The notes under the pieces are model-generated. The model made no database searches and was not told where the DNA came from. It saw only the letters and a program-made list of their open reading frames with translations. From the NCBI RefSeq assembly GCF_009914755.1, contig NC_060936.1: DNA of 64,000 nt, one strand, 5' to 3'. Both the position numbers and the translations under genes were made by a program. Positions 41,873 to 56,224 of this stretch are shown piece by piece. The stretch is from the human T2T-CHM13v2.0 reference genome, Homo sapiens. The first letter of the stretch is position 1; every line of letters begins with the position of its first letter.

Positions 41873-42859
41873 GTAGTTTTCCCACTTATTCTACCTCTTG
41901 TAGCAGTAATATTAATATTAATGTGCAAAAGTTAGTGAATCCTGTGTCCACAAATTTCCATTCATGAATCAAGACTGCATATTAGCCATCTCATTATTTT
42001 TTAGTCTTCTGAAGACTACATATTTGCCTTCCCTCCAAAAAATGTTATGTAACCTGATAAAAATCAAGAAACTATATACCATTTTAAATGTGAATAAAAT
42101 TTCAGGTTAAGCTGAAATCCTCATCTGTAGAAAATGGTTTTCTTGCCAGTCCTCTAAGAAGCCACACTAATGAAAGAAATGATCAGCGGATGTGGTATGT
42201 CTGTCCACAAACATTTTAGTTCAAATCTTATATTGAGCATCTTTAATCTTCATTACTGCTCAACATTTATACGTTAAATAGCCAATGTTTGTTTTAATTT
42301 GTCTTTTGAATTGTGCCCCAGAATTTAAAGTAACACTGAAAGGATCTTAATTACCTGCTTTGAAAAAAAAAAGTCTAGTATAATTATCTGATAATATAAA
42401 AGGAAGATAATAAAAATGCGTAAATATAATTATTAAATTTAGACTGAAAAAATTCAACATCTTCTTACTCAAATCTTGGGCACTTAGCTAAGGGCTGCAA
42501 TGGAGGATTATTGAGACAAATTCAGTAAAAATTTCCATTTCATTCAACCAACAGAGTCAGTGCTTTTAACATACTAAATTTGAACATGCTTAGGTTAGGC
42601 ATGGACATTTTAATTTGCCAAAGTGTCCAGAACTCTTTGGTATTTTGCAGTAAGCCATCGCCTGTGACTCCTGAAGTCATTTGATTATACAACCTTGAAT
42701 ATAAACTGACATTCTGCACCTCTATCCAGAGCCTGCTATAACTCATTTCTACTAAATACATATTCCTATACAAGCTTTACTCATAGGACACAAAAAATTC
42801 CTTTATTACAACAAAAATTCAGAAACCTATTTATTCTCAATAATTTGGATGACTCATAA

Positions 42860-43330
42860 AAATAAAATAACCTCAATGATCTCTGCTTAACAGTTTACTT
42901 TTCACTACACCCTCATCCGTTACACTAACACACTTTATCTTTTTCAATAATAGTAAGCTTATAGTTCTGTGAAATATATCACACTACCATTCCTGTAGAA
43001 AGTCTAGCCTCCAGACTAGAACCATCATCACCACCAGTCTTGATTTATTTACTTGGTGAATGACTATCAATACACAAATTTCAAGACCACTCTTCTTTTT
43101 CTTTCTTTAATCATGAACACTTTTGCTTAAAAACTCCACTCTCAAGGGTTCCTTGACTCCCACAGGCAGACTAAGTTGATCTTTCCTATAAGCACCATCA
43201 ATACTTCCTTGGCATTATATTGTTTTTTATTGCATAGCTATCCATTGCTAGACTGTGAGCACCATCAAAGCAAGAACATCTCAAACATATATCTGCCTAT
43301 ACTATGAAATACAGTCTACAGAAATTAAAT
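42860..43330 (+). mobile_element. L2 LINE 3' fragment
   Basis: ccttgactcccacaggcag...ctagactgtgagcaccatcaaagcaagaac. Confidence 0.55.
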
Positions 43331-43749
43331 ATTACATGATTCTAATCAAGATTTTATAGTTACATTTAATACAAATATGGCAATATTTCACATATTTATT
43401 TTTAATAAATAATGCTCTTCTGAATATCATCAATACTTTCATAACTAGATTTTTCTTTATATCGTTGCAAGAATAAAATGAATGTTATTATAAGAACTCA
43501 GCTATGTAAAACGTAACCTTCAAAACTCTAAAGTAAAATTTAGAGATAGATTCCATTTTCTATGCACCCATGTTCTTGAATTAACACTTAAGATATCTGC
43601 TTCCATTAGTATGGTGGATTATATGCTCTACATAAAATCTGGAAGAGGAATAAATATCAAAAATGATTTTTATCTTAACAGTTTTTGCCTGAAGTCAAAA
43701 GATTTTGAATTTCCATTTTGATAACTGGACGGGCTTGCAGATACAAGCT

Positions 43750-45925
43750 CACCAAAGCCCAAAGCCTTCACGATGCAAGAAAACTAATAGAAAAACCTTG
43801 CACAGAAAATTAAATATAGGAGAAACAAACCCTTTATTTGTATGAAACCCTTCCATATCAAACAAACATACTGTCTAGATTCTGATTGTGGGTGAAGAGA
43901 AAAATAAAGTGCTCCCCTGAGAATTTGTAACCACAGAATAGTCTTCACACAAGTTTGCAGTTGGAATTCACACTACCTGTACAGTATCAAGGTCTTCGTT
44001 CGGAGAATTTAATCTAAAGCTAAATTGGGTTGGCCCACTGCCAGTTGTCTGGCAAAGAAAAAAATGCAAATCCTCTTTGGAGCAGCTCAACTTTAAAACA
44101 GACTTCAAAGAATTCCCAAAGATAAAAATTTTAAGAGAAATGAATAGCTCACAGTCAAATTTCACAACCTGAATAAAAACCAAGTCATCATAAATGAGAA
44201 CCAGAAGAATGAAGAATGTAGGATAGTGATTGGCATGTAAGTGTGTGAGAGAGAGAAGATAGATAATACAAAAATTTTAAAAGAAAGAAATTATTGGAAT
44301 TATCATCTACTTATTTGATACATTTAAAGCAATTAGATCTGTAGGCAACATTTGGTATTATCAAGAATCAACCAGATTTGAAAAAGAACCAAACAGAACT
44401 GATAGAAATTTAAAAATACAATGAAATTTAAATTTATTTTAAAGGGCAACTAAAAACATCAGTTTAAGAGAAAATTAGTGAACTGGAATAAACATCTGAG
44501 ATATTACCTAGAATGTAGTAGAAAGGGTCAAAGAGAAAGTCTAATATATATATATAATATATTATATATTATACATTTATATATAATATATTATATATTA
44601 TACATTTATATATTATATATTATATATATTACATATTATACATTTATATATATATAATTATAGGTTAAGAAAGCACTCAATATTGCTGTGAACCTATAAT
44701 TAATTGCTACAAATAAAAAACATCAAAGTTTTAAAAAGTGCCCAGTAAAAAGAAAGGAGAGCAAATGCTGTTCAAAGAAATACAGTAAGGCCAATGACAT
44801 TTCCAGGAGAAGATCTGAATGACTCAATCCTCAGATTGAGGAAGTTCTACAAATCCCAAGCAGAATTAATAAAAATAAATACATACGTAAACATATCATA
44901 GTAAAAAAAAAGAGTATCAAAATGAATAAAAAGATCTTAAAATCAACGAAAAAGAAAACACAAAAAATAAACAAAAACACGTTATTAAAACAACTGGTTT
45001 CCAAATAATAATAGAAACCAAAAAAGAATGGTTCCCTTGGTTTACTGAGAGAAAATAATTGTCAACATACAATTCCATGTGTATATTTGAAGCATTTGTA
45101 TGTTTAAGTCATTTTTCCACAAGTGATTATTAAGAGTTAATGAAAAACATTCTCACTAAAGGAAATTTTTATTTATATCCTTCAAGGCAAAGAAAAATTA
45201 TTCCAGATATAAGATTGAAGATGGAAAATAAGAACATTGGTAAATATGTAGGTAAATTTAAACAAACATTAATCGTATAACTTACCAGTAAAAATGACTA
45301 ATCGTATGTTCATTTAGGGTGGGAAGTAAACAGCTAGAATTAAAGTTCTCAGAAATAATAATACATAAGTTGTTGGAAGGGCCATAGAGTTGGAGAATTC
45401 TAAGGTATTTGATTTGTTTCAGGGAGAAGACTCAATGCAATAAATTATGACTCAATAATTTGGAAGCCTCAAGTAAGGTATGCATATGATGTGTGCAAAG
45501 GTAATCACTAGAAAAACAGTTGTAGTACACACAACATTCGAAAATTAGAGGCGAATTATACAATGACAACATAAATTTAAAAACTCAATTCACCCAAAAT
45601 GACTGGGTTGGGGGCGACGTGAAAAGCACAAGGGGAGACAGTGGGAAAAGTGGCAACAATAAACATGGATGAATTTTTAGGTATCGTGAAGTAAATTCAG
45701 AGAAAAAAATACTGTATTACTTAGTTAACTTAAAGTCCACAAAAAGTCAACACTAAACCATATATTGTTTAGGATTGCCATTTGGAATAATAGAATAAGA
45801 GATGGCTACATGTGATTGGGAAGAAGACATGGTGTGTTCCTAAGGTACATGTAATGTTCTATTTCACAGGCTGAGGGAGGTAGCAACGATGTTTATTTTA
45901 TCATTTTTCTTAAAGTATGTGTATA
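43750..45925 (+). mobile_element. Old L1ME/HAL1-type element: ORF1 region followed by 3' UTR, continuing at ~46687-46730
   Basis: gatttgaaaaagaaccaaacagaact, gagaaaattagtgaactggaa, cctcagattgaggaag...aatcccaagcag (ORF1); aacatggatgaat...aatgttctatttc (3' UTR). Confidence 0.65.
44543..44661. repeat. AT-rich minisatellite / (TA)n-derived repeat, ~30-bp unit
   Basis: tatataatatattatatattatacattta repeated about 3 times. Confidence 0.85.
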
Positions 45926-46684
45926 CAGCAAACCTTTGAATAATCCAGGAGTTATAGGTGCCAATCTCCCATGCAGTTGAAAATTTACGTGTAACATTTG
46001 ACTCCCACAAATACTGCATATTCGGACTTGTAAGTGGTAGCTAAATAATGTGTACACATGGATAGAGAGAGTGGAATAGCAGACATAGGAAACTTGGAAG
46101 GGTGGGAGGGTGAGAAGGGGCTGAAAGATAAGGATTTGCTTAATGGGTACAAGGTATATTACTTAGTGATAGCTACACTAAAAGCCCAGTCTTCACCACT
46201 ATGCAATATATCCATTAACAAAACTGCACTTTGTATCCCCTAAATCTATAATAATAATAATAATAATTTTTAAATATGTTTCTGCAAAAAAAAATGAATA
46301 GCCTACTGTTGACTGGAAGCCTTAATGATAACAATTAACACATATTTTATATATGTATTATATACTGTATCCTTACAATAAAGCAAGCCAGAGAAAAGAA
46401 ATGTTATTAAGAAAAACGTGAAGGAGAGAAAATATATTTATTATTCACTAAGTGGAAGGGGATCATCATAAATGTCTTCACCCTCATTATCTTCACATTG
46501 AGTAGGCTGAGGAGGAGGCAGAAGACAAGAGGTTGGTCTTGTCTCAGGGATGGCAGAGGCAGAAAAGGTGGAGGAGGTGGAAGGGGAGGCAGGAGAGGCA
46601 GGCACATTCTGCGTACTTATTGAAAAAAAACTATGTATAAATGGACCTGCACAGTTCAAACTCACATTGTTCAAGAGTCAACTA
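45926..46684 (-). mobile_element. Tigger2-family (MER28-like) non-autonomous Tc1/mariner DNA transposon, split by an L1
   Basis: TIRs cagcaaacctttgaataa / ttgttcaagagtcaacta with TA flanks; internal gagtaggctgaggaggagg...gtctcagggatggcagaggc. Confidence 0.85.
46008..46270 (+). mobile_element. L1PB-type 3' end inserted in Tigger2
   Basis: taatgggtacaaggtatattacttagtgatagctacactaaaagcccagtcttcaccactatgcaatatatccat...cccctaaatctat + (TAA)n tail. Confidence 0.85.
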
Positions 46685-48833
46685 TAATTTTACACACTTT
46701 TGTTAGTACAATATATCTCCTAATAAAATTTTACTATCAGGACTCTAAAAAAGAAATATATTTCTATTCCATTGAGTGCTTTCATGATAGGACTGACTAG
46801 ATAGAGCATGCTGAAGTAGATGACCCCTAGGGGGTCCCTCCTGTCTCTGATATTTATTTATTTAGCAAAGCATGCAACTATCACATTTGTTGTATCAGGA
46901 GAAATGGTTATGGAAGATTTGGATGACAGCATTTGAAATACTGGCATCTCAAACAAGCAATATTTTTGATACAAAACTGGCTTTATAGAGTGAGCAGCTG
47001 AGATTTAGGAAACCTTAGTTGAGTTCTCCTTTCCAGGGATCATCACACCTGTCCTCGAAGTTGTCTATTTCTAGACTCCCAGCCTGATGGCCTCATGGAG
47101 GTTCAGCAGATTTCATTTTATGCAGTCTTTACACCTTGGCAAATGTCAGGCTTCTAGGACTCATCCCCACTGGCATTTGTAGCAAGTAAAAGATAAGCTA
47201 CAATAAATCAGACTGACTAAATTCCCCAATACCATCTGTGCTGCTACAGCATACATAGATGCCATCATATTTTAAAAAAGAAATCTGACTGGCAATGAAG
47301 TGTTTTGAGTCATGAAATATGTGAGCTGGTCACCCAAATAAGTAGGAAAGGAAAATCACATGAAGCTTTTATAATTCTGAGCTATTTTCATTTGATGTCA
47401 TTTTATAAATCATATGGTACTGGTGCTATAAAACTAAATACACAGCATATAAATAGATAATATAAAAGTCGTGTGGCTTTCTACAATAGTTACAACACAG
47501 CAACTGCCATGCAAGATTTCTTTTACATTTTTGGACATTTTGAAAAACTAATTTTTTTTCTGTCACTGTTCTGTCTTTATTGAGCCTATAGAAAAGTATT
47601 TTTCAAGTTTCAACACACTTTTTTACTGATATACTGTGCTACCTGCTTAGTATGAAGAGGACTTCATGACCATCACCAAACAGTTTGGTGCTCACAGAAA
47701 TACAGGGAAAATAAAAAATTATAGATTCAATCTTGTCTGTCAACCCTCTCTCCCAAGAAAAAAAAACGCCCCTCTTTACCATGCCTGCAGAAATTTTTGG
47801 CTCAAATATTGCAATATAGCCATCAATGCATAAATTGGATGTGCAAATTGGATTAGGGCCTGATTTTATAAACTGAGTAAATTGTATTCCATGATGCCTG
47901 TGATGAATTCAAGTTTTCTCAAGCACTAGACTATTTAAAACCTAACTCCGAGTTAGCTTTTAACTTGGAGTGAAACAAAGCAGAAACAAAGAAAACTAAG
48001 AATAGGAATTTTTTCCCCAAAAGTTAGTCTCAAAACAAGCTGTAAAAAAATGTCAGGAACAAGTAAGAAGAAAAATAAACTTGCAATCATTCAAGAGAAT
48101 GAAGTCAGTACAAGCATGATTGTACTGAGTTTCAACCAATTAATGCATATTTCCTTAGAAATCAGTTTGTGAATCAAGAGTAGGACAAAATGAAGATAAT
48201 TTGACTTTATATTAGTAAAAATTAATATCTAATCTCTATTAGAGTTCATGTACTACATTTGCCCACTGATAACAGAAAATGAGAAGGCTTGTTAAGTCTA
48301 CAGGTGGCCCTAACTAGAGAGGGTGCTTAGCAAGAGAAAGAACAGAAGATGAATTAATGAATTAGACATTGGTCAAGCAGATGAAGAGCAGCAGAGCACA
48401 GTTCACTAATGACAAGGTTAAGGAAGTGCAAAATACTGAACTAAATGCTTTAGATACAGTTTATCAGTTTGTCTCACAATAAGGCTTCAAAATGGGTATT
48501 ATTTACAGGGGATGACAATTTGAAATCCCAAAGAAATGGGACTGTACATGAATAGAGAGAAAACATTGTCATATAGAAGCATAAACAAAAGACAAGTACC
48601 TACAATGAGGCACAGTTTCTTTAGAGGAAGTGGAGTTGGGCTTCATTGTTTAGAAATAATTTTCCAACAGTCTGATTTCAGGTCACCAGGAGAGAAAGTT
48701 GTCTATTTCTACCTCAGAGCTTTTAAGAGTAGAGATATCACAGCCCAAAGAGTGCAGACATCCTGGAAATGTCAGCTTGATGTGTCTATATTAGCTAGAT
48801 ATAGCACCAAGGTCAAACACATAGGACATAGAG

Positions 48834-49157
48834 CAGGAGTCAGCAAACTATGACTCACGGGCCAAATCTGACTCTCGAAACATTTTTTTTTTGTACAATT
48901 TGTAGATAAGAATTATGTATACATTTTAAATGGTTGAAAAAATATCAGAAAAATATTTTATGACACAGAAAAAGGATATGAAATGCCACTGAAATTGAAT
49001 TTTCAGTGCCCATAAATAAAGTTTTATTGGTTTGCAGTCACGCTCATTCTTTTACATAATGCCCATGGCTACTTTCAAGCTAGTAGAATTGCATATGCCT
49101 CGCACAGCCTAAAATGTTTATTGTCTGGCCCATTACAGAAAAAGTGTATTGACCCTG
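48834..49157 (+). mobile_element. MER58-type hAT-Charlie DNA transposon
   Basis: caggagtcagcaaactatg...gggccaaatc; aaataaagttttattgg; tctggcccattacagaaaaagtgtattgaccctg. Confidence 0.85.
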
Positions 49158-49699
49158 CTTTAAAGTCAATAGGTATTAAATTCAAATCTTGATTTTTTTT
49201 CTAGCTATGTGATCTTAAGACAATTTCTTTCAACCTCGGTGTCCTTATTTTTAAATGATGCCTACCGTTGAAAGTTTATTGCAAGACAAAACAATAAACT
49301 ATCTAAAGCACTTAACCTAGTGTCTTTCACACAATAAATACTCTAATATAGCTACAGATATTCTACCCAGATAACTCTAACTCCCTATTTAAGTTTGCAG
49401 CCTACCATTTCTATAATATGTTTTGGGCTCCAAAAATTCATTTAGAATTTCTTTATATCATTATCATACCCAAATAATATCACACCTAAATAATTCATCG
49501 TAGTATCATTTTCCTGTAAAGAAGCTAGTGTATTTATGAGCCAGAGGGTAGCATTGACATAACTAACACTGGGTAAAGTGTTGACTATGCGCTATAAACC
49601 AACTTACTTCAAGAAATATTTAGAGACCCCACCATAATCTGGGAACAATCCCAAGTACTGCTCTGGTATCCCTCTGTGAAGAGCCTGATGTTGCTTACA

Positions 49700-50130
49700 A
49701 ATAGTCATTCTCCCTTCTTCCTCACTGACAGAACATCAGTTTTGTTAGAAGCAACAATGTCAAGGACAGCAAACAAAGCAAAACTCTACATTTTGTAATT
49801 GCCTTAAAGTTGGGGATGATTTTGGTAATAAGAAAGTAAATGAAATTCAGTGGGCAAGCTTTCCATTTTTTGTTGGATTGTCCCTTCTGCATTTTGTCCT
49901 TAGTCCTTGCCCTTCCTTCTTGCTTAACTCTGTATATCATGGCTGGAACTCTAGCAGTCATTTTGTGGTTATGAGGAAAAGGCTAAAAGAATCACAGAAA
50001 CCTAAGCTTTGACATCCTTGAGCTGCTGAAACAGCAATTATCTACCTCAGGATTTCTTGATGAATCAGACAAAAGAAAGCCCTTGCTTTGTCTTTTGGTT
50101 TCTTGTAACAAAATTCAATCTCTAACTAAT
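49700..50130 (+). mobile_element. MaLR LTR fragment (MLT1J-like)
   Basis: cattctcccttcttcctcactgacagaac...atggctggaactctagcagtcattttgtg...gacatccttgagctgctg. Confidence 0.55.
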
Positions 50131-51661
50131 AGATTTATCCTCAAGAAGTTATTTGATCCACATACTTCCTTGGACCTGTGCGTCTTTAAACATCAAGACC
50201 ACAGTTTAGCAATTTTAATGAGTTTGTTTGAGTCATTTGTGCCTGAGTAACATCATATAATCAACTGGCTTTCATGTGAGCAAGGCCATCAAAAGTCCCC
50301 ATGTGATGGAAAAAGCTTTAAAAATAAGATATGTCATTCCTTAGAGAAAAGGAATTTAAGATGCTAAACTCTGAATGAGACTCTGAATGACTACTGACAG
50401 TGATTATTTTAATTAGCAGCATCTCTGATCTAGGAGCTTGAACTCCATGCCGCAAATGAAAAATACAATGACATTATCACTTAAATACGTTTTAAATGGA
50501 AACTTCAAACTTTATAAACCTTTAGTTCATCCATTCCTCTGAAAACATTTTCTCTTAGAACGGTTAAATTAAATGGCCAGGAGTCTTTATTGATGTCAAG
50601 GCCATTTAAGTCATTTGCGGCAGGTCACTGATTTAGTTGCATTTGGATTTGGCAAAATTTTGTCATTAATCTAATCTTATAGCCCTTATTTATACAATTT
50701 ACATTTGAAGTCAATAGAAGTCAGTAGGAGGCTTATTTGTGTTGTCTCATAGCATTTAGTATTGATAAATTCTATCACTCTTTTAGTTTATTAATTTGTT
50801 TTCTGAATAAGGCTTTCATCCACCAAACTCAAGTTGTGAAATATAACAGTAATAAAATCAGCATCATTACTTCATAAGCCAAAAAATGTTGTTCTAATTT
50901 TCAGAACCAATAGAATCTAATCTTCTAACCATGAGTGGGAGGAAAACAGTTATCTGCACAGCTTTATGGACAATTTTAATAAGAATTAAACCATACATAT
51001 ATTTGGAAATCATTAATTAAATTCCTGGAGATTATATTTTTAGATACACTTGAGAGAAAAAAGAAAACAGCTGCACCTTTTTAGTTAATAACCAAAACAA
51101 AGTAACAGCCTACATTCTCTTGCCTTTACATTGGGTGTAATTTTGGTTTTTCCTACCAAGAGGGCCTGGCGCTTTGAAATCAAAAGCAAGGTTTTTTCAT
51201 GGTTATGACATTTCCCATGACATTTATTCAAAAAAATCAATCTGGCTTTTAAAGCACTGGAAACAGGGTCTTGTGAAAGGAGGAAACCATAACAAGGCTT
51301 CATCCAACAAAGTTACTTTGATTTTTTTTTCCCAAAAAACCTTCTGAGAAGCTTTATCTGAAAATGGATCTGGGTAGTTACACTTCAAAGGGAAAGGCCA
51401 TCTAAGAGGCTTTTTATTAACAGCAGGGTTATCTTCTACAGATTTTATTTTAGTCCCTTGAGACTTTGAATATAATCAAGTTATAGAGTCAATACTGAAC
51501 AAAATTTAATTTAGTCTTGTCCTAATCAGGCTCAAGTTATGCAACAGGGATGACAAAAACGTCTTTACAAAAGGCATGGAAGTGTGGGGTAAATATAAGC
51601 CCTTGGTAGGGGTAGAAGGAGTAGCTAAATAGGTGTGTAACACTGTTAAGAAATATCTGAG

Positions 51662-51939
51662 AACACCGCATGTTCTCTCTCCTAAGTGGGAGCTGAAAAA
51701 TGAGAACACATGGACACAGGGAGGGGAACATCACACACCAGGGCCTGTCGGAGGGTGGGGGGGAAAGGGGAGGGATAGTATTGGGAGAAATATCTAATGT
51801 AGATGACGGGCTGATGGGGGCAGCAAACCACCACGGCACATGTATACCTGTGTAACAAACCTGCACATTCTGCACATGTATCCCAGAATTTAAAGTATAA
51901 TAAAAATAAAATATAATTAAATTTTAAACAATGTTTAAA
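51662..51939 (+). mobile_element. L1PA (L1PA7/8-like) 3' end, 5'-truncated, perfect TSD
   Basis: gcatgttctc...gagaacacatggacacagggaggggaacatcacacacc...gtaacaaacctgcacattctgcacatgtatcccagaa; TSD aagaaatatctgag at 51648-51661 and 51940-51953. Confidence 0.95.
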
Positions 51940-52656
51940 AAGAAATATCTGAGCTGCAAGCTGCAAAACAGTGTGGATCTTGTTTCAGTTTTTGCTGCTC
52001 CCCCAATAAAAGTTCCTTAAGTTAAGATAAAACTTAGGAAATATTCTACTGCCAGCTTTGGAAACAGTGTATGACTGCCTGTTGCATTCAGAACCTTAGG
52101 GACTCAAGTCAAGTGATTTAAGATTATATCAGTAAATAATTAAATATTTATCAGTGTGGGGGAAATGCAGTAAGAAGGCTCAGTCCCACCTTTTACTCAA
52201 ACCAGCTGTGTTCATCTTGGACTAAGCACTTGAAACTCCCTTAAACTCAATTTCTAACATCGCTGGACTAGGAGGTTTAACAAACACAAAAGAGCTAAAC
52301 TATCTAAAAAGCAGCTTACATATATGGCTAGTATTTTCCATTTAATCACAGGTGTTCAAACCACCATTTCCTTCAAGGAGTTTTTTGTAACTACATATTG
52401 CAAGTTCACTCTGAGAGATTCTGACACACTCAAGAGTCTGCATATTTTAAAGTGCTTTAGGTCATTCTGTAGTTCAGCCAAGTTTGCAAATCACTGCAAC
52501 TATACTATGAGTTAATTGAGGATAGGGACAGTGATTGACCATCTTTGAATCCCCTGTACCTGGCACAAGTGTCTGTCCCAGAGTAGGTTCTATAAAAGTG
52601 AGTGCTAACTGAAAAATATATAAATGAATGAATAAATGATAAACACTTTTAGTTAC

Positions 52657-53036
52657 CACTATAGGCTGAGTTGTGCCCTCACAAAATCCATTTGTTGAAG
52701 GCCTAACCCCCAGTACCACAGAATGTGACTGTATTTGGAGATAGGACCTTTAAGGAGGTAATTAAGTTCAAACAGAATTGTAAGGCTAGGCCCTAATCCC
52801 ATATAATTGCCACCCTTATAAGAAGAAGAAATTTGGACACAGACACCAGGAATGGACATGTACAGAGGAAAGACCCTGTGAGAATACTGCAAGCCAAAGA
52901 TATAGGCCTCAAAAGAAACCAGACCTGTCAACACCTTAATTTTGGACTTCTAGTCTCCAGACCTGTGAAAAAATTAATTTATGTTATTTGATCTATCAAG
53001 TCTATTTTGTTATGGCACCACTAGCAAACTAATACA
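52657..53036 (+). mobile_element. MaLR solo LTR, MLT1A/B-like
   Basis: ctaacccccagtaccacagaatgtgactgtatttggagataggacctttaaggaggtaattaag...ttgttatggc..ctagcaaactaataca. Confidence 0.88.
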
Positions 53037-56000
53037 GTTAGAAAAAAAAGTATTAGGATTTACTAGAAACAGGCAATGATGTCAATACTTTGCCCAAAAT
53101 CACACAGCCAGTAAGTTCCCAGGCCAGGGTTCAAACACAGGTTTACTAGTTCTATAACTCAAATGATTTCTCCACAAATTACTTTCTATACCACAGTACT
53201 GAAATGTGTGACTTATAGTAATAAATCCAGAATTATACTTGCCTTCTAAAACAGGATCCCATCTGTAAAAAGATGAAGGCGGTTTGTTTGAAAACAATAT
53301 GCTTTTCTGGTAACAATGTTGTGGATGTGCATTGATATCCTCTGTATTCAGATTCTCATTCGCTACATCATGAGATAAATATACTCAAGGCTCAATTAAG
53401 ATCTAAGAGGAATACAAGTATTTAACATCTCAGTTAAGTGCATTATCACAGCTTCACATATAATATGTATGGTAGTTCATAATGACCAAAAAAAGTTTTA
53501 AAACATAATTCTCAAGCATATTATTGATCTTAAATCTTCAAAATCTTGTGAAAAGCAAATTAGACAAAAACAAATTGAAAAGATTATGTGTTTTGTGTGT
53601 ATACTTAAAGAGAAACTACAATAAAAATAAACCAGAACAGAATGTTGTATTTGCATTTATTACTAGGTTATGTGAGGTGTAAACCTACATATTTGGTTTA
53701 ATTAGCCCATATAACTCAAGGTTGTAGGCACTTTCATAAATTAGGTCTCATGTTGCAAAAATTAATGGAGGTTTAGATATCCTAATATAAAAACTCAGGA
53801 GTGTTTTTTCTTTCAAAAGGTGTCATGAAAGCAATAATAATTATTATATGGAACTTAGGATTTTCAGAAGTAAACTAAAGTATTAAATCTAAAATATTTT
53901 TGTAAACATCTGTACATATATTACTAGAAATACACTTTTAAAATATAAATGATATCTAGTCAAGCAGAAACTGATTTTACTCATAGCAGCACGGGAAGCT
54001 ACTTTCAAGTTGCAGTCCAAAAGCAGAGTTCAAAGAAATGTAAACATATTCTGTCAAATGTTGCACTCTGATTGATACCTTTTAAATGAGGAATTCACTT
54101 TACCCAGCACCAGGGGCTTTTACAAAATAAGATTCTAAAGTTTTAACAACATGAAATTAAACCATCCCAGCTTCATCTTAATAAGAGAACTTTATTGCCA
54201 TCTTCTCCTCTAGGAACATAAATTTTAAGAAAAGAATTACTCTAATCACCTTGGTAAAATTTCTGGCCCAGTAAGTTTTACAGTCTAGAGCACAGCTTGG
54301 CCACTGCCCATTTATAGAAAATGTCGTCTGCATACACTGGAATGTGAATTGCTCCCCTTCAGAGTCATGCAACACTGCTTTTAACTAGGAAATATATATT
54401 TACTCTCAATTTTCTCACTAAGAAAAAACAGCCTTATTCTCCTATCCATGAAGAATTCCTATGAGACATTAAACTATGACAAAAAGCAACAGCAATTAAA
54501 TAATATATAGGCAGAAATAGGAAGACACATTGAGGAAGAAAGATGCTCTCAGTAACATAACTGAAAGCAACTTAAATTCCTTCAAGGTTGTGAATTCTGT
54601 GCTTATATTCCCAACATGTATACCACCCATTCAATCAACCAATAATACTTGGACCCACCAAGAGCCAAGTGTTAAGTGAGGTTCTATTTGGGATTATAAA
54701 CAAATAAACAAAGACACTGTAGTCACATTCTCATTTTCTCCCTCCTCTCTTTCCTCTCATCCCTCTCAACTTTAGTGAGCATTTCTGTATGGCAAGTCTT
54801 CCATTGAGCCAGGAGTTTACTGTCTCAAGATATATTTTTTTAAATTGAAATGTAGTATAAACATCTTCCTAAAATTTATTGAAAACTCAGTTTCTTTGAT
54901 GGAATATTCAGTCTTAGTTTCTTTATTTATAAATTATTTAGGCTATATGGATTTCAAGGTCTGCTTTTTAAGTGTTTCTAAATGGGCAGGGTTGTTGCTT
55001 TCAACCTAATCATGACTTCATTCTATGACATACTGAGTCATCAGCTCAGGGTCTCCTCAGGTTTGTGGGACTCTTTGCCAACACACAACATGGCACCTGA
55101 TAGATATGGCTTTGGGATTAATAGATTACATCTGTAGTTTTGTTCTTTCTTCTATTGCTGTCAGACTGTCAGAGGCTGTGTCTTGGTATTTGGACCATCA
55201 TGACATCCTTTTGCCCTGACTGATGTCACATCTTAAATCACATGCAAATTTAAAATCAGATAACCAAGCCTGCTAAAGCTACATAAAAAGAGGCTTGCCC
55301 TGTGAAGAATTAGATTTTGAAGAGAGAAAACAGACTCTTTGCTGCCTACTCATCCTCAAAAAAACCTCTATTTTTCCCTTTCTTGTGGTTGTATTCTTTG
55401 AGAGAGGTAACTTAACCCCTCTCCCTACCTGCATGTTAGTGGAAGGTAATATTTTCAGCTCCTTTGAGCAGCATCTATCTGGGACATTCACATGGTCAGT
55501 CTATTGACTAGAGATCTAAAAGTCTTAGACCACGACCTGCTTCCTCTTTATTTCCTGTACTTTAAAGTAGGATGCCCTTTCTTCTTGTAAGTTGCCCCCA
55601 CTAAGCAGACCTATTTGGTTGACCGTAGAAGTGGATCTGCAGATCCAGATCTGTCTCTCCTCGTGCAGACAAGCCTGACCATGTGAGTCAGTATTTGCTT
55701 CAGGGGAAGATGGCATGCTCTATTTGCTCTAAGTCCTAAGGCCAGTAATACCGCTTCCCAGCAAAGCCTTGTAAGGGGAGAGAGAGGGAGATTGGGAGGA
55801 GAGATGGTTGCAAGAATAAAAGGGTGTGTTGCTGCTATCATGTGTTTTTACATTAATTAATAAAGCTGATATTTTATTTCCTTAATCTCTGTCATTTTTT
55901 GTGTATCTAGTTCCCTTGGCCAAAAACTCCAGAGGGAAAATGATTGATTAGGTTATCTCCAGGTAAAAGAGGTATTATTGTGGAATCATTATGGAGAATA

Positions 56001-56224
56001 AATAAAATTGTTGAGAGAAACTTATTATTTAAATGGGATTCCTAAACTTGAAGTCAACCAGATGGTGAAGAACTCTTTTCATTTGGAACAAATGCATTTA
56101 AGTTTCTGCACACTAATAATTTGTTTTCACACCAGCCACTTACAGTTAAAGACTGCTAAGCACTAAACGCAACATTAAGCACACACATATTCCTGTAGAA
56201 TGCTAAATTTCAAAACTATGAGAC

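Noticed and set aside
46407-46674. Pro/Ser/acidic-rich ORFs
   Set aside because: They derive from the Tigger2 internal purine tract; no intact transposase.
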